In this document: positions 24,746-35,421 of the stretch, piece after piece
Numbering within the stretch: the stretch's first letter is position 1
Layout: each line of letters starts with the position of its first letter
DNA from: Acidobacteriota bacterium
GTDB taxonomy: Bacteria > Acidobacteriota > UBA4820 > DSQY01
NCBI GenBank assembly: GCA_021778515.1
Contig: JAJYCJ010000001.1
Span: forward strand, 4,396 to 68,395
Length of the DNA stretch: 64,000 bases
Direction of reading: 5' to 3'
Translations under genes and position numbers: made by a program
The notes under the pieces: model-generated
The model's database searches: none
Told to the model about the DNA's origin: nothing
The model's input: only the letters and a program-made list of their open reading frames with translations

Positions 24746-26218
24746 CTATCCCTTCAGCACCGCCAGCGGCCGCATCTTGGCCACCACCCTTGCAAGGCCT
24801 GAGGCCGTCACCGCCTCGATGACGGCTTCGATGTCCTTGTAGGCCTGCGGGGCCTCCTCCTTGATCGTGCGACGGTTCTCGCAGAGGAGAGTGATCCCCT
24901 CCATGGCCGCCCGGAACTCGTCGTCGGAGATCAGGCCCGGCCTGACGATCCTGCCGCCGCGGCGGTTCACCTTGCCGGCCGCCGCCGTTCGGCTCATCCG
25001 CCTCCCCGCACCGTGGTTGGCCGAGCAGAGCGCCCGCTCGTTCTCGGGAACGCCGGTGAGGATGTAGGAGGAGGACCCCATGGAGCCGGGGATGAGGACG
25101 GGCTGGCCCGTGTCCTCGAAGGGGCTCCCGGCCATGCGGTCCGAGGTGAAAGCCCTGGTGGCGCCCTTTCTGTGGACCCAGAGCAGTCGCCCGCCGTGGC
25201 GCTCCAGCTTGGCCATGTTGTGGGGCACGTCGTAGAGGAGCGTCAGGGCCGTGCCGGGGTAGTGGTAGAGCACGTTCTTGCACACCAGCGCCGCCATGAG
25301 GTGCCGATTGGCGAAGGCCAGGTTGGCTCCCGCGTGCATGGCGCCGAGGTAGGCGCGTCCCTCCCTGGAGTCCACGGGCATGTAGCAGAGCTCGCGCGAG
25401 GGGTGGGGCTCTGTGTAGGTGCGGGAGCGGGCCAGCGCCATGAATTCCTCCCCCACCTGGTGGCCGAAGCCCCTGCTGCCCGAGTGGATCATGATCACCA
25501 GCTGACCATCAAAGAGCCCCCATGACGCGGCGCGCAGAGGGTCTTCGATACCGACCACCTCCTGGAGCTCGATGAAGTGGTTGCCGCCTCCCAGCGTGCC
25601 GAGCTGATATTGGCCGCGCTCGATGGCGCGTGCCGAGAGGACGGCTGGATCGCCCGGCATGGAGCCCCCCTCCTCGATGTGGCTCCAGGTCTCCGGTTCC
25701 TGCACGGGGTTAAGGTAGTCCCACACGGGATGGTCCCGCCGATGGATGTCACCAAGGGCCGGAACACCTCGGGCGAGCACCGCCATGAACTCCTCCCCGC
25801 TGAGGGGGACGTTGCGCTTCCCCTCGCCCAGCGGGATGTCGCGGCGTATGGATCCCGCGAGGAGGGCCGCGTCCGTGTCAATCGCCCGGCGGCCCGTGGT
25901 CAGCAGCCGCATGCCGCAGTTGATGTCGTACCCGACGGCGGCGGGGATGATGACGTCCGAGGTCGCCACCACGCTTCCGATGGGGACGCCATACCCCACG
26001 TGGATGTCCGGTGTCGCGATGACCCGCTCGACGCTCGGGATGCGACAGGCGTCCCTGAGCTGCCTGAGGGCGCCGGCCTCCACCGGAAGGCCGGGGTGGG
26101 TGAAGAGGGTCGCGCCGACCCTCATGCCGCCTTCCCGCGAAAGCTCCCGCACAAAGCCAGCCACGGCGGCCCTCCCTGACCAAAACGTAGGATTGCTGGG
26201 ATTGCGCCGCAAGTCCAT
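24746..26218 (-). CDS. rtcB: RtcB family RNA 3'-phosphate ligase
   Basis: 490 aa; conserved RtcB motifs (DIHVGYGVPIGSV, GYDINCGMR, HSGSRGFGHQV, NHGAGR). Confidence 0.9.
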   Translation of the reverse strand: MDLRRNPSNPTFWSGRAAVAGFVRELSREGGMRVGATLFTHPGLPVEAGALRQLRDACRIPSVERVIATPDIHVGYGVPIGSVVATSDVIIPAAVGYDINCGMRLLTTGRRAIDTDAALLAGSIRRDIPLGEGKRNVPLSGEEFMAVLARGVPALGDIHRRDHPVWDYLNPVQEPETWSHIEEGGSMPGDPAVLSARAIERGQYQLGTLGGGNHFIELQEVVGIEDPLRAASWGLFDGQLVIMIHSGSRGFGHQVGEEFMALARSRTYTEPHPSRELCYMPVDSREGRAYLGAMHAGANLAFANRHLMAALVCKNVLYHYPGTALTLLYDVPHNMAKLERHGGRLLWVHRKGATRAFTSDRMAGSPFEDTGQPVLIPGSMGSSSYILTGVPENERALCSANHGAGRRMSRTAAAGKVNRRGGRIVRPGLISDDEFRAAMEGITLLCENRRTIKEEAPQAYKDIEAVIEAVTASGLARVVAKMRPLAVLKG

Positions 26219-26284
26219 CGCAAAGCCTCCAGACCCCCTCTTTCCTCGGTCACCCTCCTGCCGGGAGCCTTTTCCTCCTCCCGA

Positions 26285-26312
26285 AGGAAAGCGGCCGCCC
26301 TTGGGCGGCCGC
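26285..26312 (-). terminator. Putative intrinsic terminator after cydB
   Basis: Palindrome GCGGCCGCCC-ttg-GGCGGCCGC about 60 nt downstream of the cydB stop, followed on the minus strand by TTTCCTT. Confidence 0.45.
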
Positions 26313-26369
26313 CGTTGTCATCCCGAAATCCCGTCCCCAGAGGGAGGGAGGAAGGACGCGCTGCTCCCC

Positions 26370-27392
26370 TCAGTAGCTGTGGGCGTCCAGCCTCACCCTG
26401 CCCCTGAAGACCCAGTAGATGCTGGCGGTGTAGGCCAGCACCAGGGGCACTCCGATGCACGCGATGATCAGCATGATGCCGAGCGTCTTCTGCGAGGAGG
26501 CCGCGTTGTAGAGCGTGAGGCTGTTGGCGGGGTTGGGCCTGGAGAAGACGATGTTCGGAAAGAGCCCCACGCCGAAGAGCGCCATGAGGGCCGCCATGGA
26601 GGCGCAGGAGGAGAGGAAGGCCCGCAGGTCCCGGCCGTGGTAGATCTCGCGGGGGATGTTGGCGATGGCCAGCATGTTGAGGACCGGCAGCAGGAAGAAG
26701 ATGGGGTGGGCCTTGATGGTCTCGGTCATGTGGGGCACGTAGAGCAGCGTCGTGAAGGTCGTGAGGGCGTAGCAGATGATGAAGAAGATGATCGCGTTGT
26801 TCACCCAGCCGCGCACCTTGTTGTGCATGGCCCCCTCCGTCTTCAGGACCATGTAGATCGAGCCGTGCATCATGAAGAGGGCGAGCGTCGTCACGCCCAC
26901 GAGCAGGGGGTAGGGGTGGAGCAGCCCGAGAAAGGTGCCGGCGAATTCATAGTGGGCGTCCAGCGGTACGCCCCAGGCGATGTTGCCCAGGGCGGCGCCG
27001 AGCAGGAGGCTCGACAGGATGCTGGATGCCGAAAAGCTGACGTCCCACATCTGGCGCCACCACGCGTGCTCCTGTTTGCTCCGGAACTCGATGGCCACGG
27101 CCCTGAAGATCAGCCCCACCAGGAGGAGCACCAACGCCAGATAGAAGCCCGAGAAGACGGTGGCATAGACCATGGGGAAGGCCGCGAAGAGGGCGCCGCC
27201 GCCCGTGACCAGCCAGACCTCGTTGCCGTCCCAGACGGGGCCGATGGCGTTGATCATGGTGCGGCGCTCCTCGTCCGTGCGGGTCAGGAGGTGGAGCGCG
27301 CCCACGCCGAGGTCGAAGCCGTCCAGCATGGCGTAGCCCGTGAGCAGGACCCCCACCAGCAGAAACCAGATCACGTTCAGGTCGATGTTCAT
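26370..27392 (-). CDS. cydB: Cytochrome bd ubiquinol oxidase subunit II
   Basis: [31 protein letters not shown]... typical CydB; ATGA start/stop overlap with cydA; the ORF finder fused it with upstream nonsense because no in-frame stop intervenes. Confidence 0.9.
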   Translation of the reverse strand: MNIDLNVIWFLLVGVLLTGYAMLDGFDLGVGALHLLTRTDEERRTMINAIGPVWDGNEVWLVTGGGALFAAFPMVYATVFSGFYLALVLLLVGLIFRAVAIEFRSKQEHAWWRQMWDVSFSASSILSSLLLGAALGNIAWGVPLDAHYEFAGTFLGLLHPYPLLVGVTTLALFMMHGSIYMVLKTEGAMHNKVRGWVNNAIIFFIICYALTTFTTLLYVPHMTETIKAHPIFFLLPVLNMLAIANIPREIYHGRDLRAFLSSCASMAALMALFGVGLFPNIVFSRPNPANSLTLYNAASSQKTLGIMLIIACIGVPLVLAYTASIYWVFRGRVRLDAHSY

Positions 27393-28741
27393 GCCCTGTG
27401 TCCCTCCCCGATCACGTCCGCGTCCACCGGACCTTTCTTGATCTTCTGGTCCAGGAGATAGATGAACAGCGCGAAGAGCAGGATGTAGACGAAGGTGAAG
27501 AGGATGAGGGAGGCCAGCGTCTCCCCCGCAGTCACCACGGGCGACAGGGCGTCCTTCGTCCGGAGGAGCCCGTAGACGATCCACGGCTGGCGCCCCACCT
27601 CCGCCGATACCCAGCCGAGCTGGTTCGCCAGTTCCGGGAGCACCACGGCCACCACCAGGATCTTGAGGAACCAGCCCTTCTCGAAGAGGGTCTTTCGCCA
27701 CCAGAAAAAGACCCCGAGCACGCTGATGAGAATGAGCGCCATGCCGATGCCCACCATGGCGTGGTAGGTCTGGAAGACGATGTTGACGGGAGGGCGGTCC
27801 TCCGGCTTGAAGGCGTCGAGCCCCGTCACCGGCTTGCTGGCATCGCCGTAGACCAGCCAGCTCAACATGCCGGGCAGGGCCACCGAGAAGTCCACCTTCT
27901 GGCCCGATTCGTTGACCCAGCCGAAGAGGCTGAGGGGGGCGCGGGGTTCGGCCGCCGGAAAGATCCCCTCGTAGGCCGCCAGCTTGGCCGGCTGATATCG
28001 GGCCACGAGCCTCGCGCTGGTATCGCCGGTCACGAGCTGCAGCAGCGAGGCCACGATCGCCACCACCAGGGCGATTTTCATGGAGGCCTTGGCGAAATCC
28101 GTATGGCGCTTCTTCAACAGGTAGAAGGCGCTCACGCTGATGACGAGGAAGGCGCCCGTCTGAAAGGCCGCCACGAGCACGTGGCTCAACCGGTCCACGG
28201 TGGAGGGGTTGAAGACGACCTGCCAGAAATCGGTCACCTCCGCCCTTGTCCCGACGGCCGTCTGGACGATGTGGAATCCCGCCGGCGTCTGTTGCCAGGA
28301 GTTGGCCACGATGATCCAGAGGGCGCTGAAGATGGAGCCGAGCGACACCATCACGGTGGAGAAGAAGTGCATCCTCGGACTCACCCGGTCCCATCCGAAG
28401 AGGAGGATCGCCAGGAACCCCGATTCCAGGAAGAAGGCGAAGATTCCCTCCGCCGCCAGGGCGCTCCCGAAGACGTCGCCCACGTACCGGGAGTAAGCGG
28501 CCCAGTTCGTGCCGAACTGGAACTCCATCACGATGCCGGAGGCCACGCCGATGGCGAAGATCAGGCCGAAGACGCGGACCCAGAAGCGGGTCATCGCGTG
28601 GTAGACCGGACTGCGCGTCTTCAGGTACATCCCCTCCATGACCACCAGGATCAGCCCCAGGCCGATGGTGAGCGGAGGGAAGATGTAATGAAACGAGATC
28701 GTCCAGGCGAATTGGAGACGTCCCAGGGTCAAGACATCCAT
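27389..28741 (-). CDS. cydA: Cytochrome bd ubiquinol oxidase subunit I (short Q-loop)
   Basis: 450 aa; heme-ligand and Q-loop motifs ([31 protein letters not shown]). Confidence 0.9.
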   Translation of the reverse strand: MDVLTLGRLQFAWTISFHYIFPPLTIGLGLILVVMEGMYLKTRSPVYHAMTRFWVRVFGLIFAIGVASGIVMEFQFGTNWAAYSRYVGDVFGSALAAEGIFAFFLESGFLAILLFGWDRVSPRMHFFSTVMVSLGSIFSALWIIVANSWQQTPAGFHIVQTAVGTRAEVTDFWQVVFNPSTVDRLSHVLVAAFQTGAFLVISVSAFYLLKKRHTDFAKASMKIALVVAIVASLLQLVTGDTSARLVARYQPAKLAAYEGIFPAAEPRAPLSLFGWVNESGQKVDFSVALPGMLSWLVYGDASKPVTGLDAFKPEDRPPVNIVFQTYHAMVGIGMALILISVLGVFFWWRKTLFEKGWFLKILVVAVVLPELANQLGWVSAEVGRQPWIVYGLLRTKDALSPVVTAGETLASLILFTFVYILLFALFIYLLDQKIKKGPVDADVIGEGHRA

Positions 28742-28750
28742 CCAGACCTC

Positions 28751-29260
28751 CTATGTGATCTTCTGATCCTTCCCCGATCGGGCTGACCCGCCCTTCTCCG
28801 CGAGTTTCCGCCCACTCCTCGTTGGGCCGTGCTTTCCTCCGCCTCGCTGATTTCGGATGCTGGCTGCCAGGGCATCGAATCGGACGCCGTCCAGGTACTG
28901 GGACAGGTGCTGGGTCGCGCCGGCCCAGGACGCCTGCACGGGGCAGAGTTCGGCCAGCGGGCATGCACCAGCCTGCGTCAGGCAGGTGTTCATGGCGATG
29001 GGACCTTCCATCGCCTCGATCACCTCCCTGAGCGACACCCGCGACGGCGGCCTGGCCAGCGTCACCCCGCCCTTGTTGCCCCGCACGGTGATGAGGAGGC
29101 CCGCCGCCGAAAGCCGGCTCACGATGCGGCGGATGAAGGCGGGGGGGATGAGCCGGCTGGCGGCGATTTCGCGCGCCGTCACGCGGGTCCCCTCCTCCAG
29201 CGAAGCCAGGTGCAGCACGATACGCGCCGCGTAGTCCGTCTGCCGACCGATGACGATCAT
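28751..29260 (-). CDS. Rrf2 family transcriptional regulator (IscR/NsrR-like, three-Cys cluster motif)
   Basis: wHTH N-terminus (GRQTDYAARIVLHLAS...TAREIAASRLIPPAFIRRIVSRLSAAGLL) and Cys triad C-x6-C-x5-C (CLTQAGACPLAELC); its stop overlaps the cydA start by 11 nt. Confidence 0.85.
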   Translation of the reverse strand: MIVIGRQTDYAARIVLHLASLEEGTRVTAREIAASRLIPPAFIRRIVSRLSAAGLLITVRGNKGGVTLARPPSRVSLREVIEAMEGPIAMNTCLTQAGACPLAELCPVQASWAGATQHLSQYLDGVRFDALAASIRNQRGGGKHGPTRSGRKLAEKGGSARSGKDQKIT

Positions 29261-29626
29261 GAATCCCCCATGGTGCGAGATAGTAATGTTCCGCCTGGAG
29301 TCTCATTTGTCAAGTCCCCGGCGGGTGGAGCGTGGAGGGTGGGGCAGGCCGCCCGGGACGGTTCCACTCCCGCGCCGTGAGGTCCGCCTTCGGGAGAGAG
29401 CCTGAGGAAGGCGCGAGAGAGATCAGGCCAGCGTTTTCGGTTGATGATCAGGTCGCTTTCGGGCGGGAGGAGAGCCCAGCAGGAAGTGCGAAGGGAGGAA
29501 TGGGAGCGCGCCGGGCGGGAGGCGGCGGCGGGCGGCTCGCGATCCGGGAGGATCCACAGCCGTTCCGCCGTGTTAGACTGCGCCCTGCCCGGCCGACGGT
29601 CGGGCGTCTTTTTGGGAGTCTGCCCC

Positions 29627-30160
29627 ATGAACACTCGCCCCCTCCTGCTGGCGCTCTGCCTCCTCTTCCTGCCGATCGCCTCCATCCCGCTTCGCTCCGC
29701 CGCCGTGCCGCAGGACCGTCTCCCCGCGGCGATCCGCGGCCAGCTTGACGGGGCTTACCCGGGCTGGCGTCCGGCCACGGTTTCGGAGGAGGTCCGGGCC
29801 TTCTTCAAGGACGTGCGCCCCGACGCGGAGCCCTGGTGGATCGCCGGGGATTTCACGGGTTCCGGCCGGGAGGATTTCGCCGTGCAGATCGTAGTCCCGC
29901 TCGAGGGTCACGAGCGGCGCATCGTGGCCGCCTTTCTGGCGGACGGCGGGGAGGGGTACAGGCGCGTGGAACTGGAGAACGGGCAACCGGACCCGCGCGT
30001 CTATCTGTGGCTGCTGAAGCGGGGCCACGAGGACGTGGTGGCGCAGACGGGCAAGGCCATCACCTTCCCCCGCGACTCCGTCGGGGTGGAGAGCTCCGGC
30101 CCGAGCGTGGCCTACCTGTTCGAGCACGGCTCCTTCAAGCGGATCTGGCTCGGCATCTGA
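29627..30160 (+). CDS. Secreted hypothetical protein (177 aa)
   Basis: Signal peptide MNTRPLLLALCLLFLPIASIPLRSAAVP; RBS GGGAG before ATG; protein-like composition. Confidence 0.6.
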   Translation: MNTRPLLLALCLLFLPIASIPLRSAAVPQDRLPAAIRGQLDGAYPGWRPATVSEEVRAFFKDVRPDAEPWWIAGDFTGSGREDFAVQIVVPLEGHERRIVAAFLADGGEGYRRVELENGQPDPRVYLWLLKRGHEDVVAQTGKAITFPRDSVGVESSGPSVAYLFEHGSFKRIWLGI

Positions 30161-30192
30161 GCGGACCGGCCGGCTTGCGCCTGGACGATGCC

Positions 30193-30208
30193 GGCGAAGT
30201 CCTTCGCC
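30193..30208. terminator. Hairpin GGCGAAG-tcc-CTTCGCC between convergent secreted-protein gene and glyS
   Basis: 7-bp stem immediately adjacent to the glyS stop and 33 nt after the plus-strand gene stop. Confidence 0.3.
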
Positions 30209-32383
30209 CTACTTCCCGGCCTCTTTCTCCCGCGGCACGATCTCCGAGAAGTCCGCCACCCGGTCGAAGAGCGCCACGAGGCGCTGGAGGAGCGCCAGCC
30301 GGTTCTGCTGGAGCGCGGTCTTCTTCGGGTCCTTGCCCTGGGGATCGCACATCACCAGCACGTCGTCGAAAAAGCGGTCCACCGCGGGGCGCACCGTGGC
30401 CAAGCGGCGCAGGGCGCCGGCATAGTCCCGCCTATCCAGGAGGCGGCCCGCCTCGTCCTTGACGGCTTCGTAGGCTGCATACAGCAGCCGCTCGCCCGCC
30501 CCCTCCTTTTGGTCCTCGGACAAAAAGAGTTCGGGGGCCAATTCGTAGCGAGGGATGCCTTTCAGGATGTTCCGGACGCGCTTGAAGGCCACCGAGAGGT
30601 GGTCGAAATCCTCCGCGAACTCGTTGCGGATCGTGTGCAGGGCCGCGATCTTCCGGTGCGCTTCGGCGGGGTCGCCCAGACCGAATGCCAGCAAGGCGTT
30701 GGCTTCGTCATAGCCGTAGCCATGAACCTCCCAAAGGAAGCGCAGCCGGCCAGCAAGAAAATCCATCAGCCCTTCGGGGACTCCGCCCATCTCCTGGAGA
30801 AACGAGGGCAGATCCAGGGGACGCGCCTTCTCCGTGAGGATTCGCAGCAGGGCGACGGCCGCCCTCCTAAGGGCGAAGGGGTCTTTGGATCCCGTCGGGG
30901 CCTGGCCGGCAGTAAACATCTCGGACAGGGTGTCGAGCCGGTCGGCCACCGCCACGCAATCGCCCAGGACGCCTCGGGGGAGGGCATCCTCCGTGAAGAG
31001 CGGTCGGTAGTGGTCGTAGATCGCCTCGGCCACCTCGGCGGGCTGCCCTTGGGCTGCCGCGTAGAGGCCGCCGGCGATTCCCTGGAGCGTCGTGAACTCC
31101 TTCTCCTGGACGAGCAGTGAGACGAGGTCGCACTTGCAGTGCAGCGCGGCCCAGGCGGCGCCCTCGGCATTGGCGCCCCACAGGTCTGCCAGCCTCTTGG
31201 CCGTCCGCTCCAGCCGCTCCGACTTGTCGTAGTAGCTCCCCGCCTTGGCCTGGAACACAACTCCCTTCAGCGCCTCCAGCCGCTCTTCGATGGGCACCTT
31301 CACGTCCTGCTCGTAAAAGAACCGGGCATCGGAGAGGCGGGAGCGGGAGACGTTTTCGAGGCCTCTCCGGATGAAGCCCCTGGGATCGTCGGGGCCGTCC
31401 GTGACGGACAGAAAATGCGGCAGCACCGAGTCCTCGGCCCCTCGCACCACGAAGAAATTCTGGTGCTCCCTCAGGCAGGTCACCAAAATCTCAGAGGGAA
31501 GAGCCAGATACTCGGCGGGTATGCCGCCCGCGAGAACGGCGGGGAACTCGCACAGGTAGACCAGCTTCTCCAGGAGCTCGGGGTCGCCGGGCACGTGGCC
31601 GCCGAGGGCGGTCGCGCGCTGGCCGAGCTCGTCCTCGATCTTCCGTTTTCGGTCGGCCGGATCGGCCAGGACGCGCTCCCGCCGAAGCGTCTGGAAGTAA
31701 GCCAGGGCCGACGCGATCTCGACCTCCGCCGCCCCGTGGATCCTGTGGCCGCGGCTGATCCGCCCCGCCGCCACGCCTTTGATGGAGAGGGTCACGACCT
31801 GGTCATCGAGGAGCGCCACGACCCATCGCACGGGACGGACGAAGGTCTGGCTCCCGTTCCCCCAGTGCATGGCCTTGGGGAGGTAGAGGGCATCCACGGC
31901 CGCGGGAACGATCTCCGAGAGAATCTCCTCGGTGGGCCTGCCCTTGACCGTGCGCTCGAAGCCCACGCAGGGTCCCTTGGGGCCCTGGACCTGCCGGCAG
32001 TCGTCCAGGTCCACCCCCTGCTTGCGGGCGAATCCCTCGGCGGCCTTGGTCCACTGCCCGCCGGCATCGCGGGCCACGGCCATGGCGGGGCCCACCACCG
32101 TCTCGCTGCGATCGTCCTGGCGGGCGGGCAAGCCCGGAAGAAGGAAGCCGATGCGGCGCGGCGCGGCGATCATTTTCCCGCCGGGGATCTCTGAGAAAGG
32201 GTCGTGATCCGGATCAGGATCCAGATCGGCTCCGTTCCACAGATGATGTTCTCTAAGTGCTTCGATGATGCTCTGTGCGAGCCTCCACGGAAGGTCTTGT
32301 CTATTACCACCCATTCCGGAACGAAAGGAGAGCATCCCCGCCGGGATCTCCTCGGTGCCGATCTCCAGGAGGAAGTCAGCCAC
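30209..32383 (-). CDS. glyS: Glycine--tRNA ligase beta subunit
   Basis: 724 aa; N-terminal [12 protein letters not shown] and overall GlyS architecture; overlaps glyQ by 8 nt. Confidence 0.9.
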   Translation of the reverse strand: MADFLLEIGTEEIPAGMLSFRSGMGGNRQDLPWRLAQSIIEALREHHLWNGADLDPDPDHDPFSEIPGGKMIAAPRRIGFLLPGLPARQDDRSETVVGPAMAVARDAGGQWTKAAEGFARKQGVDLDDCRQVQGPKGPCVGFERTVKGRPTEEILSEIVPAAVDALYLPKAMHWGNGSQTFVRPVRWVVALLDDQVVTLSIKGVAAGRISRGHRIHGAAEVEIASALAYFQTLRRERVLADPADRKRKIEDELGQRATALGGHVPGDPELLEKLVYLCEFPAVLAGGIPAEYLALPSEILVTCLREHQNFFVVRGAEDSVLPHFLSVTDGPDDPRGFIRRGLENVSRSRLSDARFFYEQDVKVPIEERLEALKGVVFQAKAGSYYDKSERLERTAKRLADLWGANAEGAAWAALHCKCDLVSLLVQEKEFTTLQGIAGGLYAAAQGQPAEVAEAIYDHYRPLFTEDALPRGVLGDCVAVADRLDTLSEMFTAGQAPTGSKDPFALRRAAVALLRILTEKARPLDLPSFLQEMGGVPEGLMDFLAGRLRFLWEVHGYGYDEANALLAFGLGDPAEAHRKIAALHTIRNEFAEDFDHLSVAFKRVRNILKGIPRYELAPELFLSEDQKEGAGERLLYAAYEAVKDEAGRLLDRRDYAGALRRLATVRPAVDRFFDDVLVMCDPQGKDPKKTALQQNRLALLQRLVALFDRVADFSEIVPREKEAGK

Positions 32384-33245
32384 GGGCCACCTCCTGTGCG
32401 GGCTCGAACTGCTTCATGTAGGCCGCGGCGCAGGCGCAGGCCAGGCGGCGCACCCGCTTGATGTAGTCGGCGCGGGCCGCCACCGAGATGGCCCCCCGCG
32501 CGTCCAGGATGTTGAAGGCGTGGCTGGCCTTCAGGCAGAAGTCGTAGGCAGGGAGGTAGAGCTCTTTCTCCACCAGGCGCCGGCTCTCGGCCTCGTACTG
32601 GTCGAACCAGGCGGCCGTCAGGTCGGTCCTGGCCTCCTCGAAGTCGTAGACGGAGAACTGGCGCTCCGCCTCCCTCCGCATGTCCCCGTAGCTGAAATGC
32701 TCGTTCCACGGGATCTCGTAGACGTTCCCGATGTCGTTGAGGAACATGCAGAGCCGCTCGATGCCGTAGGTGATCTCCACCGTGATGGGCTTGAGCTCGA
32801 AGCCTCCCGCCTGCTGGAAGTAGGTGAACTGCGTGATTTCGGTGCCGTCCAGCATGACCTGCCAGCCCACGCCCCAGGCGCCGAGCGTGGGGGCCTCCCA
32901 GTTGTCCTCCTCGAACTTCAGGTCGTGCTCCCCGAGCACGATGCCGAAGGACTCCAAGCTCCGCAGGTAGCGCTCCTGGATGTCGTCGGGGCTGGGCTTC
33001 ATGATGACCTGGAACTGGTGGTGCTTCTCGACCCGCTGGGGATTCTCGCCGTAGCGCCCGTCCCGCGGCCGCCGGCACGGCTCCACGTAGGCGCTGGCGT
33101 AGGGCTGAGGCCCGAGCACGCGGAGGAAGGTCTCGGGGTTCATGGTCCCGGCCCCCTTCTCCAGGTCGTACGGCTCGGCGATGAGGCATCCCTCGCCGGC
33201 CCAGAAGTGCTTCATCCTCTCGATGAGTTCCTGCATGCTGACCAT
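32376..33245 (-). CDS. glyQ: Glycine--tRNA ligase alpha subunit
   Basis: Start chosen at [16 protein letters not shown] with RBS GGAAGCGGAGA; class II GlyQ motifs ([30 protein letters not shown]); the 85 upstream codons in the ORF are R/P/G-rich. Confidence 0.9.
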   Translation of the reverse strand: MVSMQELIERMKHFWAGEGCLIAEPYDLEKGAGTMNPETFLRVLGPQPYASAYVEPCRRPRDGRYGENPQRVEKHHQFQVIMKPSPDDIQERYLRSLESFGIVLGEHDLKFEEDNWEAPTLGAWGVGWQVMLDGTEITQFTYFQQAGGFELKPITVEITYGIERLCMFLNDIGNVYEIPWNEHFSYGDMRREAERQFSVYDFEEARTDLTAAWFDQYEAESRRLVEKELYLPAYDFCLKASHAFNILDARGAISVAARADYIKRVRRLACACAAAYMKQFEPAQEVARG

Positions 33246-33300
33246 GGTCGTCTCCGCTTCCTTCCCGCGGTCCTGTCCCGTGGATCCCGCCGGCCACGGC

Positions 33301-34074
33301 TCAAGGCCCGGCCGCGCCCCCGAGGCTCTCGAGCGCCGGCCAGGTGGCCAACGGCCGTCCCAGATAGGCGGCGAGCGCCCAATATACCATACCCGACAGG
33401 GCTGAGAGGGCCTCCCGCGGGAACTCCCGCCGGGCCAGAGAAGCCAGGGGCGTCCGGAAGATCGCCTCCAGAAGGGAGGCCATGGGGCCCGTGAGAGCAC
33501 GTGCCTCGGCCGGCCGCGGCCGTTGGCAGCCGGGGCAGCGCCACTCCCCAGCCCCCAGGTCCAGCAGGAGCGGGTAGCTCTGGGCGCCGCAGGTCACGCA
33601 CCCCTCCGGCCTCGGGAAGACCCCGTGCAGCCGGAGAAGCCAGGCGGAGAAGTAGACCCAGGCCAGCAGGGGCGGCGCGCCAGCCCGCAGTCCCGCCAGC
33701 ACGGCGCCCAGGAGCCGGTAGCTCTCCTCCTCCGCGGCATGGGCGGGCAGGGCGCGCTCCAGGGTCTCGCCCAACCCCATGAGCACGACCGCCTCGGGCC
33801 AGCGGCCGTGGAGGTCCAGCGATCCCTCCAGCAGCTCGGCCGACCTGAGGGCTCCCAGCTCGCGCCCCTCCTTCAGCACCACCTCCACACGTACCCGGCT
33901 CAGCGGTTCGAGAGCACCGCGGAAGGGGGACGTGGTTCGCCTGGCCCCCTTGGCCACCGCCCGCACGACCCCCTCCTCGCGCGTGAAGAGGGTGACGATC
34001 CAGGAGGACTCGGTGAGAGGATGCCGCAGGAGGACGAAGGCCTCGCAAGTCACAAAGGGCATGAGACGGTGCAC
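33301..34074 (-). CDS. recO: DNA repair protein RecO
   Basis: 257 aa; OB-fold N-terminus and C4 zinc finger (CVTCG...CPGC); conserved recO-glyQ-glyS synteny. Confidence 0.85.
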   Translation of the reverse strand: MHRLMPFVTCEAFVLLRHPLTESSWIVTLFTREEGVVRAVAKGARRTTSPFRGALEPLSRVRVEVVLKEGRELGALRSAELLEGSLDLHGRWPEAVVLMGLGETLERALPAHAAEEESYRLLGAVLAGLRAGAPPLLAWVYFSAWLLRLHGVFPRPEGCVTCGAQSYPLLLDLGAGEWRCPGCQRPRPAEARALTGPMASLLEAIFRTPLASLARREFPREALSALSGMVYWALAAYLGRPLATWPALESLGGAAGP

Positions 34075-35421
34075 TTACCCGGGCGCGTGCGATGGAGGCT
34101 GGGCTTCTCCCTGTTGGTTCAGGGCCAGTCCCACCAGGAAGAAGATGAGGGTCGCCACCTCGGCGTCCCCCACGTTGAATTCGAAGAAACCTCCCACGAG
34201 GATCGCTGTCAGGGCCGCCATGGCCCCATATCGCAAGACGGAGTCTGGCTGGGCAGCAATCCTGCGGAAAGCCGCTACCACGAAGGCGAAAAAGAGTATC
34301 AGCCCCAGAAGCCCCGACTGAATAGCGACCATAAGGTATATGTTGTGGGCGTGGCTCACGGTCTGAAACCCGATGTGGGTGGGGTAATGGATGAAGTGGG
34401 CATAGGGTGCCTTGTAGGGGCCGGCGGTCTCCTTGTAAATGCCGGGGCCCCATCCGATGAGGGGTTTGTCCTGCCACATGTGGAAGCCCGAAATCCACAA
34501 GTAGATACGTTCGGCAACGCTAGGGTTCCTCAGATTCCAGGCGTCGGCCAGGCGCTCTCGGACCCCAGGAGGCCCGGCCAGGAGCGTCACGACTCCTCCT
34601 ACCAACACCGCCACCACCACCGCCAGCACCGCCTTTTTCCCCTTCTTCCAGAATAGAACAGCCAAGGCCGGCAAGGCCGCCACAAAGTAGGTGCGGGCCA
34701 GGCTGAAAAAGAGACCCAGCGTCGAGAACCCGGCGGCCAGCCACCAAAACCAGGAGATCCGGAGAGAGGGCAAGAGCGAACCCAAGATGGATATTCCCCT
34801 CCGCGCCGGGGGAACCGGGTCCTTCAAGCCCGAAGACGACCTGATCGGATCCTTCCACGCGGCTTCTCCTCCGGCTTCCACCGCTTCGGTTCCGTTTCCG
34901 TAAAGGGCCCTGGCTCCGAAGAGGCAGAGGCAGACCGTGATGACCCCGGCGTAAGTCAAATGGGTGCTGAAGTAGCCGTAGGCATTGACTTGGCCGAAGG
35001 GGACGCGCTGGGAAAGGAGATGATGGTGAAAGTCGGTTCCCAGGAAGAATTCCGCAGCGGCCATGGGCACCGTCAGGAGGGCACCGGCGGCCAGGAAATC
35101 GATGTAGCGGCGGAAGTGTCTGCGCACCGCCCACGGCAGAGAGGCCCCCACGAAAAGGGCCGACCAGGACCAGTGGTTGAGAACACCCACGAGGGCCTCG
35201 TGGCGCAGGGGGCTGAAGAGCGCCGAGAGAACGTTGGTCGCCAGGTAGGCGATCAAAAGCCACTCAGGCGTGGTCGGCCGCCACCGGCCGCGGACCATCC
35301 GCCAGAGAAAGAAGAGGCTTAGCCCTCCCTGCCCCGCGTTGATGGCCGCCAGACTTAGGCAGGAGGCGGCTCCGAGAAAATAGAAAAAGAAGAGCTCAAG
35401 GGCTATCACGAAAGGCCTCAT
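34075..35421 (-). CDS. O-antigen ligase / Wzy_C family polytopic membrane protein
   Basis: 448 aa, about 11 TM helices, a periplasmic loop with conserved H/R (WGPGIYKE..HAHNIYLMVAIQSG) typical of the O-antigen ligase domain. Confidence 0.8.
   Translation of the reverse strand: MRPFVIALELFFFYFLGAASCLSLAAINAGQGGLSLFFLWRMVRGRWRPTTPEWLLIAYLATNVLSALFSPLRHEALVGVLNHWSWSALFVGASLPWAVRRHFRRYIDFLAAGALLTVPMAAAEFFLGTDFHHHLLSQRVPFGQVNAYGYFSTHLTYAGVITVCLCLFGARALYGNGTEAVEAGGEAAWKDPIRSSSGLKDPVPPARRGISILGSLLPSLRISWFWWLAAGFSTLGLFFSLARTYFVAALPALAVLFWKKGKKAVLAVVVAVLVGGVVTLLAGPPGVRERLADAWNLRNPSVAERIYLWISGFHMWQDKPLIGWGPGIYKETAGPYKAPYAHFIHYPTHIGFQTVSHAHNIYLMVAIQSGLLGLILFFAFVVAAFRRIAAQPDSVLRYGAMAALTAILVGGFFEFNVGDAEVATLIFFLVGLALNQQGEAQPPSHAPG

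Noticed and set aside
26370-29306. ORF-finder call of a single 978-aa ORF on the minus strand
   Set aside because: It is a read-through of cydB and cydA plus upstream nonsense, because no in-frame stop intervenes. The real genes are cydB 26370..27392 and cydA 27389..28741, which overlap in the other frame.
32376-33500. 85-aa N-terminal extension of glyQ, and similar extensions on the GT4, ALDH, metallophosphoesterase, cox I and actF ORFs
   Set aside because: The extensions are W/R/P/G-rich with no RBS. Internal starts have good Shine-Dalgarno sequences and match conserved family N-termini.
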